Notes: a model not told the origin generated them from the sequence alone. Shown: positions 38,768 to 51,074, numbered from the whole stretch's first letter. The stretch is 63,537 bases of DNA, filler included, from Octopus bimaculoides (GCF_001194135.2; 9 parts of 7 records of this genome joined end to end with filler, not necessarily neighbours in it); one strand, 5' to 3'. Numbers and translations: made by a program.

Positions 38768-38825
38768 ATGGCTGGACACATCAACAACACACCTGAAGAA
38801 CAGAGTGAAAACAACAGCTCAACAG
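38768..38825 (+). CDS. Candidate first coding exon (MAGHINNTPEEQSENNSST+G, phase 1)
   Basis: Initiator-like TCAGTT at 38703-08, acaacATGG start context, open frame and CAG|GTAACA donor at 38826. Confidence 0.4.
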
Positions 38826-39639
38826 GTAACAAATTCTTTCTAGCTGTAGGTATAGAAGAAACCGTAACTATAAAACTCGTTTCCCTTGAAGTTATGAATT
38901 GAATAATGATCTATTTAGCTGCTACAAAAAAACAACACAAACCTCGCTGTTGGTTAATAAATCGATTGAAATCATATTGGGACGATCTGCATCTAGAATT
39001 AAATCATTTTACTGCGAAGTAACTTCGGCAACAAGCAACATTTGTAGAACATAGAAAGAAAGTAAGTAACTGTAACTTTATTAAAGAATCGCAAATCAAC
39101 CTTCTTCCCAACAATATAAACAAAAACGTAAACGTGAATGATATGAGACCACCACGTGGTCTCGCAGTTCGCAGCATACCAACAGATTCCATAGTGCCTG
39201 CCAGCCAAACTACATTACTGTCTCAAGTAACTGACCATTGTTCCCCTACTACGACTATGGTCAATAACAGGTACAACCGCAACGATTATTGTAGTAGTGG
39301 TAGTTAGGGTTAGGGTTAGGGTTAGGGCTAGGACGGTGAGATATGCCCTTACTGCTCTTACTGGCTTTGAAGTACTCCCTACCAAAGTAGATTAAAAAAA
39401 AGCCCTGCAGATACGGTATTAAATCTGTTAACGAAATTAGTGTTAAGTATTTACAATAGTGTGATGAACCCACATACTGGCATATTAACGCCTGTCTATA
39501 TGCTCTGGATACTAATGTAAAACAGAAAATGAATAATATTCAAAAAGTAAATAAAACCGAAATAACAAATAAAGTACCACCATGAGGTTTGAAGACAGAA
39601 AAAGATAAGTTGTTTACGTAAGACTACCAGCCATGTAAT

Positions 39640-39895
39640 GATGGTTATTGCATGCAAACAAGCAAATTACTATACGTCCAACCAACAGAAAGTAAAGGAG
39701 ATAGAAATCATGTTTGGTGACAGCAAAAAGTGGACACTCACTTGCAAACTGATTACCCGCAAGCAGGAGCTAAAAGCTGTCAGTGAAAGACTCCGACATT
39801 AGAAGAGAATGACTGAGAGTAGAACAATAAGCAAAACATTTAACTGCAACCAAGCAGCAGTATACAGAGACATGAGAGGAGGAGCAGTATACATC
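39640..39895 (+). mobile_element. Fragment of an RLE-type LINE, region N-terminal to RT
   Basis: KQELKAVSERLRH*KRMTESRTISKTFNCNQAAVYRDMRG resembles the L.A...RL.RY...N..F..NQ..FY motif. Confidence 0.4.
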
Positions 39896-39903
39896 ATAGA
39901 TGC

Positions 39904-40497
39904 TCATTCACTAGAAACGCTTTGAAACGTTTGTTTTTGAAAGTAGTAGTTTTCTGATTGCAGCCCACCCGTGAAATCCGGCTTTGTGCAGCTTCCGTCG
40001 AACAGTTTTTGTGGAAACTGGGTTCTCGAGGTGGTCATTAAGGTCAGCAGTAATCTTTGCAGATGTACTTTTGTGATCCTTTTTAACAATTTGTGCAAGA
40101 GTCCGACAGTCCCTATCTGAAAGTATTGGTTTTCTTCCGGAGCTTTGTTTCAACGAGGAAGTTTTTCCCTCTTTCTCATAGGGTGTCATTAATTTCGAGA
40201 CAGTACTTCTTGATACGCCAAACATTTCGGCTGTTTTCCTTACGCTAGCGCCTGTCATACGAGCACCAACAATTTGACTTCTTTGAAAGTCCGATAGATC
40301 TGTCATTTTAATGAATGTTGATTACCTTTTTCTGATGATATCTGAAAAGAAACAGCAATTTTAGCAAAGCATACTCAGCAACACTAACAATATTAAAAAA
40401 AAACGTAAAAATAAACAAGCTTTTGGCGGTTTCATAGATATTTTAAAATTATGATGCTATGATGCTAGATGTTTCCATTATTTTGTCCAACCCCTAT
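39904..40497 (-). mobile_element. Tc1-like transposon, 5' part (TIR plus transposase HTH region), truncated
   Basis: ORF 39911-40306 MTDLSDFQRSQIVGARMTGASVRKTAEMFGVSRSTVSK...GRKPILSDRD...VSTKTVRRKLHKAGFHG..A.RK.LL; TIR-like GGGGTTGGACAAAATAATGGAAACATC next to TA at ~40470-40497. Confidence 0.9.
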
Positions 40498-41327
40498 ATA
40501 TGAACCCTAAAATGAATGCAATTTCCAAAAGTAGTTACTTGCATTCAAATACCCTAACTGAACCTTGAAAATACATAACTCTGTGGAGTGCTCAGCCACT
40601 TACACGTTAATTTCATGAGCAGGCTGTTCCGTTGATCGGATCAACTGGAACCCTCGACGTCGTAAGCGATGGAGTGCCAATAATAATTCATGAACTGCTA
40701 TATGCTGCACGGATATTTTTTCATAAGTAAAACTGTTACACTCCTTAAAGCAACCTGCCCACATTTGTGACGTAACCTGTCACGCTGTTTATAAGGTTGC
40801 TGCTACCAGCTGTCATCACTAAATTCGCCTGCCTCTCCAAATTTGGTTCACAAACACGGCTGTGGAATATATCCAACTTAGAAACATCTTGAAACTACAG
40901 TTCACACGAATTTTTTCTACTTTTTTCGAAAATATCGTTGAGCGACAGGTCATTCCCAGCAATATTAAGAAAATAATGATACAGCTCTAATGTTGAGAAT
41001 TATCGATGATGTCGCTGGAGAGAGAGGATGATTCGCATTTTTATAGCATTTATTGTTTAGCTTTCTTCCTTTATTCTTGACGTTCGTCTGCATTCATTTC
41101 CTCACGTCTCCGTCGGTGTTGTCTTTTGTATCTTTTTACTACATCTTCTTGCTGTTGCTCTCTGATCCGTGCCCTATAACTACGTATCCTTTTAACCCTT
41201 ATAAACAAATATTTTTCTTAAGCGAGCAGACGATAAATAATTGAGATTGTCGCTATAAAAAAAATTAGCTCGATAAAAAGAAAAACTTTTCAATATCAAC
41301 TCACCACCACCGCTATCTGCCTCTTTC

Positions 41328-41438
<111 letters not shown>

Positions 41439-41782
41439 NNNNNNNNNNNNNNNNNNNNNNNNNNNNNNNNNNNNNNNNNNNNNNNNNNNNNNNNNNNNNN
41501 NNNNNNNNNNNNNNNNNNNNNNNNNNNNNNNNNNNNNNNNNNNNNNNNNNNNNNNNNNNNNNNNNNNNNNNNNNNNNNNNNNNNNNNNNNNNNNNNNNNN
41601 NNNNNNNNNNNNNNNNNNNNNNNNNNNNNNNNNNNNNNNNNNNNNNNNNNNNNNNNNNNNNNNNNNNNNNNNNNNNNNNNNNNNNNNNNNNNNNNNNNNN
41701 NNNNNNNNNNNNNNNNNNNNNNNNNNNNNNNNNNNNNNNNNNNNNNNNNNNNNNNNNNNNNNNNNNNNNNNNNNNNNNNNNN

Positions 41783-41834
<52 letters not shown>

Positions 41835-42795
41835 CACCTCTACCTCTCTCTCTAACTAATGTATATCGGGCGAACGAACATGCAGATTATTATACAGGTA
41901 ATAATTGGTGCACGTGGTTTTGTAATTGAATGCCTGTGATAATTTGGATAAGCTGAGGTTTACAGAAAAACAAATCAACCAAGTAACTACATCAAGGAAG
42001 AATTAAAGTAATAAAACCCAGCGGACAATTAAAGTAATAAAACATAGAGGAGAACATACTTACATACATGCATACATACATACGTACGTACATACATACA
42101 TACATACATACATACATACATACATACATACATAATTGGAGCGCTTGGGTTTGTAAGTAAATGCCTTACTGTCAGTTAGGATAAGATTGGATTTTCAGAA
42201 AAAGAAATCAACCAATTGATTCACCTTTATAAATACAATCTCTAAGCGGAACAGTAAAGCCAAGCAAGACTTTCCTCAGGTTCAAATTGTGACATAGTTT
42301 TCCTTATCTATTAACACATTCCAAAGATGGCAGTTTGTATCTTTATTAGAAACCAGCTTTTTCTTCAGCGGAAGAATTTAAATGATTAAAAACAGGAGAT
42401 ACATACATGCATATATACTTTCTTGGTCCTCCTGAAATACATGAACACCTATTTTCAAAAGTTCTTTTCAAAGAAAGATTCATAGGCATCATAAAGACAT
42501 GCATTTTGTTTGGCAATGAAATACTTGCTATCATTGTTTGAACCTGTGTAAGTACTATTTAGCATGATATGACGCCTACATAAATATATCATCAATGAAA
42601 GGGTTTCAATGAACAGATTATCCTTTCTCAGGATATGACTGTTTCAATACTGTTGTTCACATGCAAGCTGTTCATGAAGAATTATATGCTGAAAGGAAAT
42701 CTTTCATAAGGGAAATGTTACACTCCTTAACGTAATCTTCCCACGTTAGTAACGTAACCTGTGACGCCATTCAAATAATACTGCTAACACTACCC

Positions 42796-42834
42796 TCAGT
42801 TCACACAGTTGCTACTTCCGCTAGAAAGGTGAGT
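42796..42834 (+). promoter_or_regulatory. Initiator-like TCAGTT, short non-coding exon and consensus donor AAG|GTGAGT
   Basis: TCAGTT at 42796-42801, GTGAGT at 42829-34, and a TGACG half-site ~35 bp upstream. Confidence 0.3.
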
Positions 42835-43320
42835 AGAACTCAGCAATATTTTCGGATTTTACAAATTCAGTGTTCTATTGCTAGCAGCAGGATGCAGCAG
42901 AGCTTCACACACATAGAAGCCAGTAAGTATACATTAATGAATTTTCGTAAGTCCTCACTATATACCCACTTCTATAACGCTTTTTCTAAACACACTCCAC
43001 GATTTAATCGATAAGGCGCTAACAAAATTCCAGTTTTCCGTTCCATCAGTTCACGGATGTTAATAAAAGACTAGTCTACTAAACACGCTTGTAATATACG
43101 CTGGACTAACTGAACCCAGTTCCAAGAGATATTGTTGAGTTCTGATAAAGATATTTTTAGACTCCTACGTGCATGTGTATGTAAACGGAGAAAAACGGAG
43201 AAAAAGAAAACACCATCCGTAAAAAAAAACAGAACATTACGGCTGTTACTTTAAATTTAAGCTTCTTTATATACATTCATACATACATACATGCGCCCGT
43301 GCGCACATAAAGGCTCACAT

Positions 43321-43390
<70 letters not shown>

Positions 43391-43689
43391 AAATATGTAG
43401 ATAGATAGATAGATAGATAGATATATTCTTTTATTCCTTTACTTGTTTCAGTCATTTGACTGCGACCATGCTGTAGCACAACCTTGAAGAGTTTTAGTCG
43501 ATGAAACCTACCCCAGGATGTTGTAAGCCTAGTATTTATTCTAAGGGTATCTTTCGCCTAACCATTAAGTTTCGAGGTCGTAAACACTCTAACATCGATT
43601 TCAAGGGACAGTGGGGACAAACACAGACATAAAGACAAGCACACATAAATATATACGACAGGATATTTTCAGTTTCCATCTACCATATA

Positions 43690-44045
43690 TATATATATCC
43701 GTGTAGAAATTCGTTTCCGGATTATTCACACAAGGATAAATTTGCACGAATTTCTACACGGATATTTACCACTGGAATGAAACTACTCTTCAAGTGCTGT
43801 TCTCTCTTTTTTCAGCACATCACACTATTTACCACTTCATACTAAAAATATCCGCCTATGGATATAATAATAGATTACTATATTTTTTCTGTCTCCGATG
43901 AAGAGAAGTACTGGATCTTCCCAGAAACAGCTGTAAGACTCTATCCATAAATTTCTTCAACCTTACCTTTGCTCTCTTTATCTTTTTGTTTTTATATATT
44001 TACATATACACACGCTAATACACGACTTATAATACCCAATCCTGT
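43690..44045 (+). mobile_element. Probable Penelope-like element terminus with inverted segment
   Basis: Perfect 20-bp inverted repeat atatccgtgtagaaattcgt / acgaatttctacacggatat (~43694-43765) upstream of the hammerhead-like motif. Confidence 0.4.
43891..43939 (+). ncRNA. Minimal type I hammerhead-ribozyme-like motif, degenerate
   Basis: GTCT-CCGATGA-A-GAGAAG(TACTGGAT)CTTCCC-A-GAAA-CAGCTG-TA^AGAC: 4-bp stem I, imperfect stem II, palindromic CAGCTG helix III and GUA triplet. The core has U4>C. Confidence 0.5.
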
Positions 44046-44989
44046 NNNNNNNNNNNNNNNNNNNNNNNNNNNNNNNNNNNNNNNNNNNNTTAATTAATTA
44101 ANNNNNNNNNNNNNNNNNNNNNNNNNNNNNNNNNNNNNNNNNNNNTTTTCTTTTCTTCCTTTTTTTGTCACTTTTGCTATAAATTAAATTAATGAATTCA
44201 ACGGGATACACCGTCTGCAAGTAGTTGGGTTCAGCATATTATCCTCCATTTTCTAATTGTTACACAAATTTTGGGTAAAACCTCCACTTTTACCCGCTCC
44301 CATTGATTGCACCTAGGATAGCACTAGTGTAGCAATAATTGGGTACCCTCCCAGCAGTATACTGGATAGATACTATCCCTTAGTGGGTTGAACCCCCAAC
44401 CCCTAACTCTCTCACGTTATATATATATATATATATATACATATATAGTGATAGACACCCTAGCGGTTACGGTGTGCACATATAAGGCTAACCGTGCCGT
44501 CAATAATTACGACGAGTGTTTCTACTAAACTTTGTGATAATTACATTTCAGTTTGTACGAATGTATATTCGATTTTTCCAACTGAAAAGGTATTGTTGAA
44601 AAATGTTCCTGATGAAAGTCGCCAATATGAGTGTGAAGATGTCAATTAAAATGCCAAAAATAAGAGGAAAATAAGAAAATAATGTTCATCGTTCCCAAAA
44701 TATCATGCAGGTTTGATTACTTTTAATATGTCCAATATGTTGTCAATTCGTTCTTCTCCGTTATGTTATTTTCTAGAATAAAAGTTCTACTTAACTACAG
44801 AACTGTTGTCCGTGAATATCCATATCATATGCATACATTATCTTACATTTTCTAAAGATATTTCAAGGGTCAACCGGTTTAGTTAAAGCAAAAGCTGCGC
44901 CATTTACAACATTTCACACATTCCGTGTAAAAGCTACAAATATACAGAATAAGAATTATCGTTCACGTTCAATACTTCTTGTAAAGAAA

Positions 44990-45745
44990 AGCGGCGAGCT
45001 GGCAGAAACGTTAGCGTGCCGGGTGTCTTAGCACGCGCCTGTCTTTACGTTCTGAGTTCAAATTCTGCCGAGGTCGACTTTGCCTTTCATCCTTTCGAGG
45101 TCGATAAATTAAGTTCTAGTTGTTTGCTGGGGTCGATCTAATCGACTGGACCCCTACCCCAAAATTTCGGGCCTTGTGCCTAGAGTAGAAAAGAAAAAAA
45201 AAAAAGAATATTTCCTGTATTGTTAAGGTGGTGACCTGGCAGAAACGTTAGCAGGCCGGGCGAAATGCTGAGCGGTATTTCGTCTGCCGTTACGTTCTGA
45301 GTTCAAATTCCGCCGAGGTCGACTTTGTNNNNNNNNNNNNNNNNNGCGCCTGTCTTTACGTTCTGAGTTCAAATTCTGCCGAGGTCGACTTTGCCTTTCA
45401 TCCTTTCGAGGTCGATAAATTAAGTTCTAGTTGTTTGCTGGGGTCGATCTAATCGACTGGACCCCTACCCCAAAATTTCGGGCCTTGTGCCTAGAGTAGA
45501 AAAGAAAAAAAAAAAAGAATATTTCCTGTATTGTTAAGGTGGTGACCTGGCAGAAACGTTAGCAGGCCGGGCGAAATGCTGAGCGGTATTTCGTCTGCCG
45601 TTACGTTCTGAGTTCAAATTCCGCCGAGGTCGACTTTGTTTTTCATCCTTTCGAGGTCGATAAGTTAAATACCAATTGAGTACTGGGGTCAATTTAATCG
45701 ACTTAACCCCTCCGCTAAAATTTCGGGCCCTTTGCTTATAGTAGA
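44990..45745 (+). mobile_element. Tandem SINE family A copies, partly duplicated by the assembly
   Basis: Heads at ~44992, ~45227 and ~45538; 45035-45328 is repeated at 45346-45639 across a 17-N gap. Confidence 0.8.
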
Positions 45746-45749
45746 ATGT

Positions 45750-46003
45750 ATTATTATTTCTCTTTATCACAGGTTTTGTTGGAGCTCCTGGAGTCTTGCA
45801 CACGTAGCGGGCTTGCTTCCTGAAGCCTACGGTACCATGCTATTCGTTCTTTTCAATTGTCTAAATAGTTTCCTGGTTATTCTGGCCGTGCCAAGGAGGC
45901 AGACGTTTTGTAACAGCCCTACTGGACACTTTATTCCGATTTCCTTGATATTTCTCTTTATGCCTTCTCATACTGTCCCCAAGGACCCAACGCTAATTGG
46001 CAC
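45750..46003 (-). mobile_element. 5'-truncated 3' end of a different RLE-type element in (TAA)n
   Basis: VPISVGSLGTV*EGIK...GLLQNVCLLGTARITRKL; TAA/TTA repeats on both flanks. Confidence 0.7.
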
Positions 46004-46030
46004 CATCATTATCATTATTATTACTATTAC

Positions 46031-46082
<52 letters not shown>

Positions 46083-46654
46083 GAGTGAGAGAGCATTGCA
46101 TGCCATCAAAGTGACACTAGGATACTAATATACTAAACCAAATATACCCATCATGGCTACCCATCTGATAAGGGTACACGAGGTACATGCATCACAATCA
46201 TATGGGTGCGACATGGTAGTCTCACATCAAGATAAATAATGCATGACCTTGCAGGTGGGGGCCTAGTTTGAATTGTCTTCAGGTTGAGTAGCTAATCCTG
46301 CTCAAAAGGTCTCTATTATTATTATCATCATTATCATCAACATATTTTCAAGTTTGTTCATAAATTGCATTTTTTACGACGACAGATTTTTTTTCATTCC
46401 CTTATTTATATATTTTCATTGTTTCTATTTTTTTTTTTTCTTCTTATACGACCATTTTGACTGGCATCAATATTTGCTTAAAGAACAATTAACAACAAAA
46501 TTTCTTTGAGTAAAAGCTTATCAACTGCGTATCAACTCAATTACCTGTCACAGAACTTCCAATTGATAAATGTCTACGACGGAATATCGGCAGATGGTAA
46601 CCACTTCCACCTCTATAGAATGAACAGATGGCGCTGTGATAACACTGACTGATT

Positions 46655-46880
46655 ACTCTTTTACTCTTTTACTTGTTTCAGTCATTTGACTGCGGTCATG
46701 CTGGAGCACTGCTTTTAGTCGAGCAAATCGACCCCAGGACTTACTCTTTGTAAGCCTAGTACTTATCCTATCGGTCTCTTTGCCGAACCGCTAAGTTACA
46801 GGGACGTAAACACACCAGCGTCGGTTGTCAAGCGATGTTGAGGGGACAACACAGACACACAAACGTATACACACACACAA

Positions 46881-46939
<59 letters not shown>

Positions 46940-47097
46940 CATATATATGACGGGCTTCTTTCACTTTCCGTCTACCAAATCCACTCACAAGGCTTTGGTC
47001 GGCCCGAGGCTATAGTAGAAGACACTTGCCCAAGGTTCCACGCAGTTGGACCTGGAACCTGGAACCATGTGGTTGGTAAGCAAGCTACTTACCACAT
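46655..47097 (-). mobile_element. SINE family B, near full length
   Basis: Same as 2005-2403. Partial copies at ~213-335, 8693-8915, 9940-10135, 26905-27130, 43425-43685, 52090-52310, 53910-54090 and 63350-63510. Confidence 0.8.
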
Positions 47098-47714
47098 CGT
47101 TGTATTCCTAATTTAATCTTCTATACCTGAGGTGACACAGCGAAGGTAGACACAGCGAAGGTAGACACAGCGAACCTTTATAGAGGAGATCGAGAGGCAG
47201 TGTCACTGAGTCGACAAAACTTGATGGAAAGAAGGGACAGGGTAAGGATAGATGTGGCTGTTAGAGCTGCTAGACATAACAGCCACAACCCTCAAATCAC
47301 AAACTTTTCTTTTTAATGGAAAACTACCTTCAATATTGTTGAACTAAACATACAGAGTCTGAAAATAAGGTAGGATGGCCACGACTAGAACGCCTGATCT
47401 AGTTGCCTAAAGATGACCGCAGCTAAACAACAGCAACATTGAAGAGAGTGATACCTAAACTCATACATGCGCACGCGAGTGTTTACGCGTGCGCGCTTTA
47501 TGTAAATATGCTTTATGTAAATATGCATAATAAATATTATACACATACGTACATAAATACATGCATACATACATACCATATGAGTTTTATGTGTGTTTAT
47601 ATGTGTACACGCTTATTAATATATTCCCGTTTTATTCCTCTTTAATCATTAACTCGTAGATTTTTCTTTGTGATTTTATTTATTTACTTTTTTTTTTTGT
47701 CTCAACGCTATTTT

Positions 47715-47729
47715 CCTTGCTGCAACACA

Positions 47730-47768
<39 letters not shown>

Positions 47769-47825
47769 CTTCTCCATCTATTTTTTCTCTCCCTTTTCAT
47801 TTCCCTTCTATTCTGTCTCCTTCTC

Positions 47826-47863
<38 letters not shown>

Positions 47864-48077
47864 TGCACTCGTTCTCTTCCTCTGGCCTATCTTTTATCTC
47901 TATTTCACTCTATTCCTTTCTTTCTCCCCTATTTCCTCTTCTGATCAACTTCTCTCTCTCTCTCTTCTTCTTCTCTCTCTCTCTCTCTCTCTCTTCTTTT
48001 TCTTCTCTCTCTCTCTCTCTCCTTCTCCATCTATTTTTCTCTCCCTTTTCATTTCCCTTCTATTCTGTCTCCTTTTC

Positions 48078-48117
<40 letters not shown>

Positions 48118-48425
48118 TGCACTCGTTCTCTTCCTCTGGCCTATCTTTTATCTCTATTTCACTCTATTCCTTTCTTTCTCCCCTATTTCCTCTTCTGATC
48201 AACTTCTCTCTCTCTCTTCTTCTTCTCTCTCTCTCTCTCTCTCTCTCTTCTTTTTCTTCTCTCTCTCTCTCTTCTTTTTCTTCTCTCTCTCTCTCTCTTC
48301 TTTTTCTTCTCTCTCTCTCTCTCCTTCTCCATCTATTTTTCTCTCCCTTTTTATTTCCCTCCTATTCTCTCTCTCTCTCTCTCTTTCTCTTTCTCTTTCT
48401 CTTTCTCTTTCTCTCTCTCTCTGTT
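47715..48425. repeat. Compound polypyrimidine tract with ~250-bp higher-order duplication
   Basis: Unique blocks (ctccttctccatctatttt; cttgcactcgttctcttcctctggcctatc) recur at ~47765-47960 and ~48018-48210, and partly at ~48320. Confidence 0.85.
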
Positions 48426-48714
48426 TCATCACTTCCCACAATGCATTTCTCTCTGCGCCTCCTCCTCACCACTTCCTCTCTCCTACCTTGTCATCCATTA
48501 TCGATCGATTCCCGCTGTGGAACAGTTTACTCTCAAATCTCGCTCTTATTTCCCCATTCATAGACCGATCTTTCAAGTATTAACAATTTTACTTCCTCTC
48601 AGCGTTGGTTCTGGATAAAACTATAAACAATTCGTTCTTTTCTACCATCGAGTTTTTCACCAACAATAAATACAGTTCACTCTTTTTTATCAAGCCGGGA
48701 GTGGAGTCACTTGA

Positions 48715-48890
48715 CCCACTAAAATTAGCAACCAGATCTCCCTCAAACCACACTCTACTGTCACACTTAAAGAGGACACGTTCAGGTCCGTCATCCTTGA
48801 CATACAGAAATATGGAATGATCACATCTACTCTTGACCATAGGTCTACCTGATCAGTGTTGTTCTAGGGTTAAACAAAATATATTAGCAA
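48715..48890 (+). repeat. Interspersed repeat family E (aaatagcagccaaatctccctcaaatcacac...gctaaacaacaac)
   Basis: Related copies at ~2440-2715, 4150-4340, 31260-31450, 47270-47420 and 54930-55165. Confidence 0.6.
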
Positions 48891-48959
48891 TCTTTAGCGA
48901 TGATTAACGCCCGATATGAGAAGCTCCACCACCAATTATAATGATCTATTTCGCCTATC

Positions 48960-49125
48960 TTTACGTTTCGTCTGTCTTTGCGTTCTGAGTTCAAATTCCG
49001 CCAAGGTCGACTTTGTCTTTCATCCTTTCGGGGTCGATAAATTAAGTACCAGTTGCGTACTGGGGTCGATCTAATCGACTGGCCCCTTCCCCCAAAATTT
49101 CGGGCATGGTGCCTAGAGTAGAAAC
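48960..49125 (+). mobile_element. SINE family A, 5'-truncated
   Basis: B-box, core and tail present. Confidence 0.75.
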
Positions 49126-49262
49126 AAATTATAGTGACCTATTAAAGGGTAATGTAGAGTGACAACCATTTATATTAACCTATCGGAGGACATTCTATTT
49201 TGGACAAATTTGAAGATAGTTTTGGACATATGTTAGAATTTTAACACAAATTTAGAAGTAGA

Positions 49263-49809
49263 AAATGTGCTCACTCGAATTTGTTTCCTCATAACTTCCA
49301 GAAAAATTGATATTTTTTTGAATAAAATTTTCTNNNNNNNNNNNNNNNNNNNNNNNNNNNNNNNNNNNNNNNNNNNNNNNNNNNNNNNNNNNNNNNNNNN
49401 NNNNNNNNNNNNNNNNNNNNNNNNNNNNNNNNNNNNNNNNNNNNNNNNNNNNNNNNNNNNNNNNNNNNNNNNNNNNNNNNNNNNNNNNNNNNNNNNNNNN
49501 NNNNNNNNNNNNNNNNNNNNNNNNNNNNNNNNNNNNNNNNNNNNNNNNNNNNNNNNNNNNNNNNNNNNNNNNNNNNNNNNNNNNNNNNNNNNNNNNNNNN
49601 NNTTTTTCTAAAAGTGATTAGGAAACAAAGCTGACTCGTGGGAATTTTCCGAAACTCCTCTCCCCACCCATGGAAAATATTTTTTTCAGAACAAATTCCG
49701 ATTATATCGGAATTTGCATCATCTGAAAAAATTTCATTGAAAAATTTCATTGAAAAATATCCATTTTTCTAGAAGTTATGAGGAAACAAAATTGGAGTGG
49801 GGGCACACT
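49263..49809. mobile_element. MITE-like element with long imperfect TIRs, spanning a gap
   Basis: ttgtttcctcataacttccagaaaaattgatattttt (~49281-49318) is inverted to aaaaatatccatttttctagaagttatgaggaaacaa (~49753-49789); similarity extends ~18 bp outward. Confidence 0.55.
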
Positions 49810-51074
49810 TGTGTAGGTATGCCGAGTATTTTAGTGTAACAATCATTTACATTAACCCATGGTGGACATCCTGTTTTGGACAAATATGAAAATAGTTTGG
49901 GACATTTACTATACATTTAGAAGTGACACTGGAATGTTTATATACTTAAAAAGTCTATCGACAACTTTTGTGTTCGCTGTTTCTTTGGAAAAATACGAAG
50001 AGATTTTGTTATGTATTTTCTGTAGAAAGAAAATCTATGAAGATCAATGATTAGAACATAAAAGACATTTTCTGATATTCTTCTGATTTCGTTAAAATGA
50101 TCTGGCGAAGCTCTGCTACGAACAGTAATTGATTTGAAATTTTGAGATGATTAACTCATCTTGTAATGTCTTTATGTTTCGTGGGGAAATAATTACGATA
50201 AATGATAAATTCTTTTAACTGCAATTAAAAGAAGTTATCATTTAACACTTAATTAGCAAGCTTTATTAGATACTGGCAACAATGTATCCAGACGAATCCA
50301 AAAGCTCTTTCAATTTAGAGAGAAAGATTAGAACATATAAGAAGGTACGATCACTTTTCGCATCGAGTATTGCTTGCTCCCTCCCTCTCTCTCTCTCTCT
50401 CGACTGCAACCAGGAACTTCCAAAATTAGACATTAGCACCACATGGTTTTCAACAGCTGTCTTCCACGTAAAGGTTCAAGGGTGATCTCTCTCTAAACCT
50501 CGCCCTTAATCATCAGTGTATTTCTTAAGTAGCCTATTATTCTGTGGTCCTGCTATGTTCGATCTGCTGTTGTTGTCTTCTTCTTGTTCACACGCGCGCG
50601 CGCGCTCATACATATCTATATATGATGGACTCTCCCGTCGAAGATGACGTATGAGCGTTCACCTTTTGCCGAACGACCTGAACAAATGATTTGTTTATAG
50701 TGGTCAAATGTGTGCCACGTGTCAGGTGTCAGGAATTGAAATCACGATCTTTTGATCGTGAGTGCAACACCCTAACCCTAACCCTAACCCTAACCCTAAC
50801 CAGTAAACGATGCGCCCATTCGAATCTACCAAACTGTTGGTGTCAGCACTGTCACTGCAAAGGCTTTGTGTGATATTGCCACACTTTGCGAAATCTTGTG
50901 TAATAACTCTACGTGGTTGTGTGGTGAGAAGTGTGCTCCCCAACCACATGGTTCCGGGTTAAGTGTCTCCCACAATAGCTCCGGGCTATAGCAGAAGACA
51001 CTATCTACAACATTCAGTTTTGTGCTTTGAAGGAAAATGCCAGGTTCATAATATGAGTTGGGAGCTGGCTGAGA

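Noticed and set aside
42346-42543. Minus-strand exon-like frame VQTMIASISLPNK...
   Set aside because: No TM or CD225 pattern, weak acceptor, and a competing frame looks equally plausible.
47670-48563. 297-aa Leu/Ser/Phe ORF that looks multi-pass
   Set aside because: A CT microsatellite contains almost no stop codons in any frame; no real domain.
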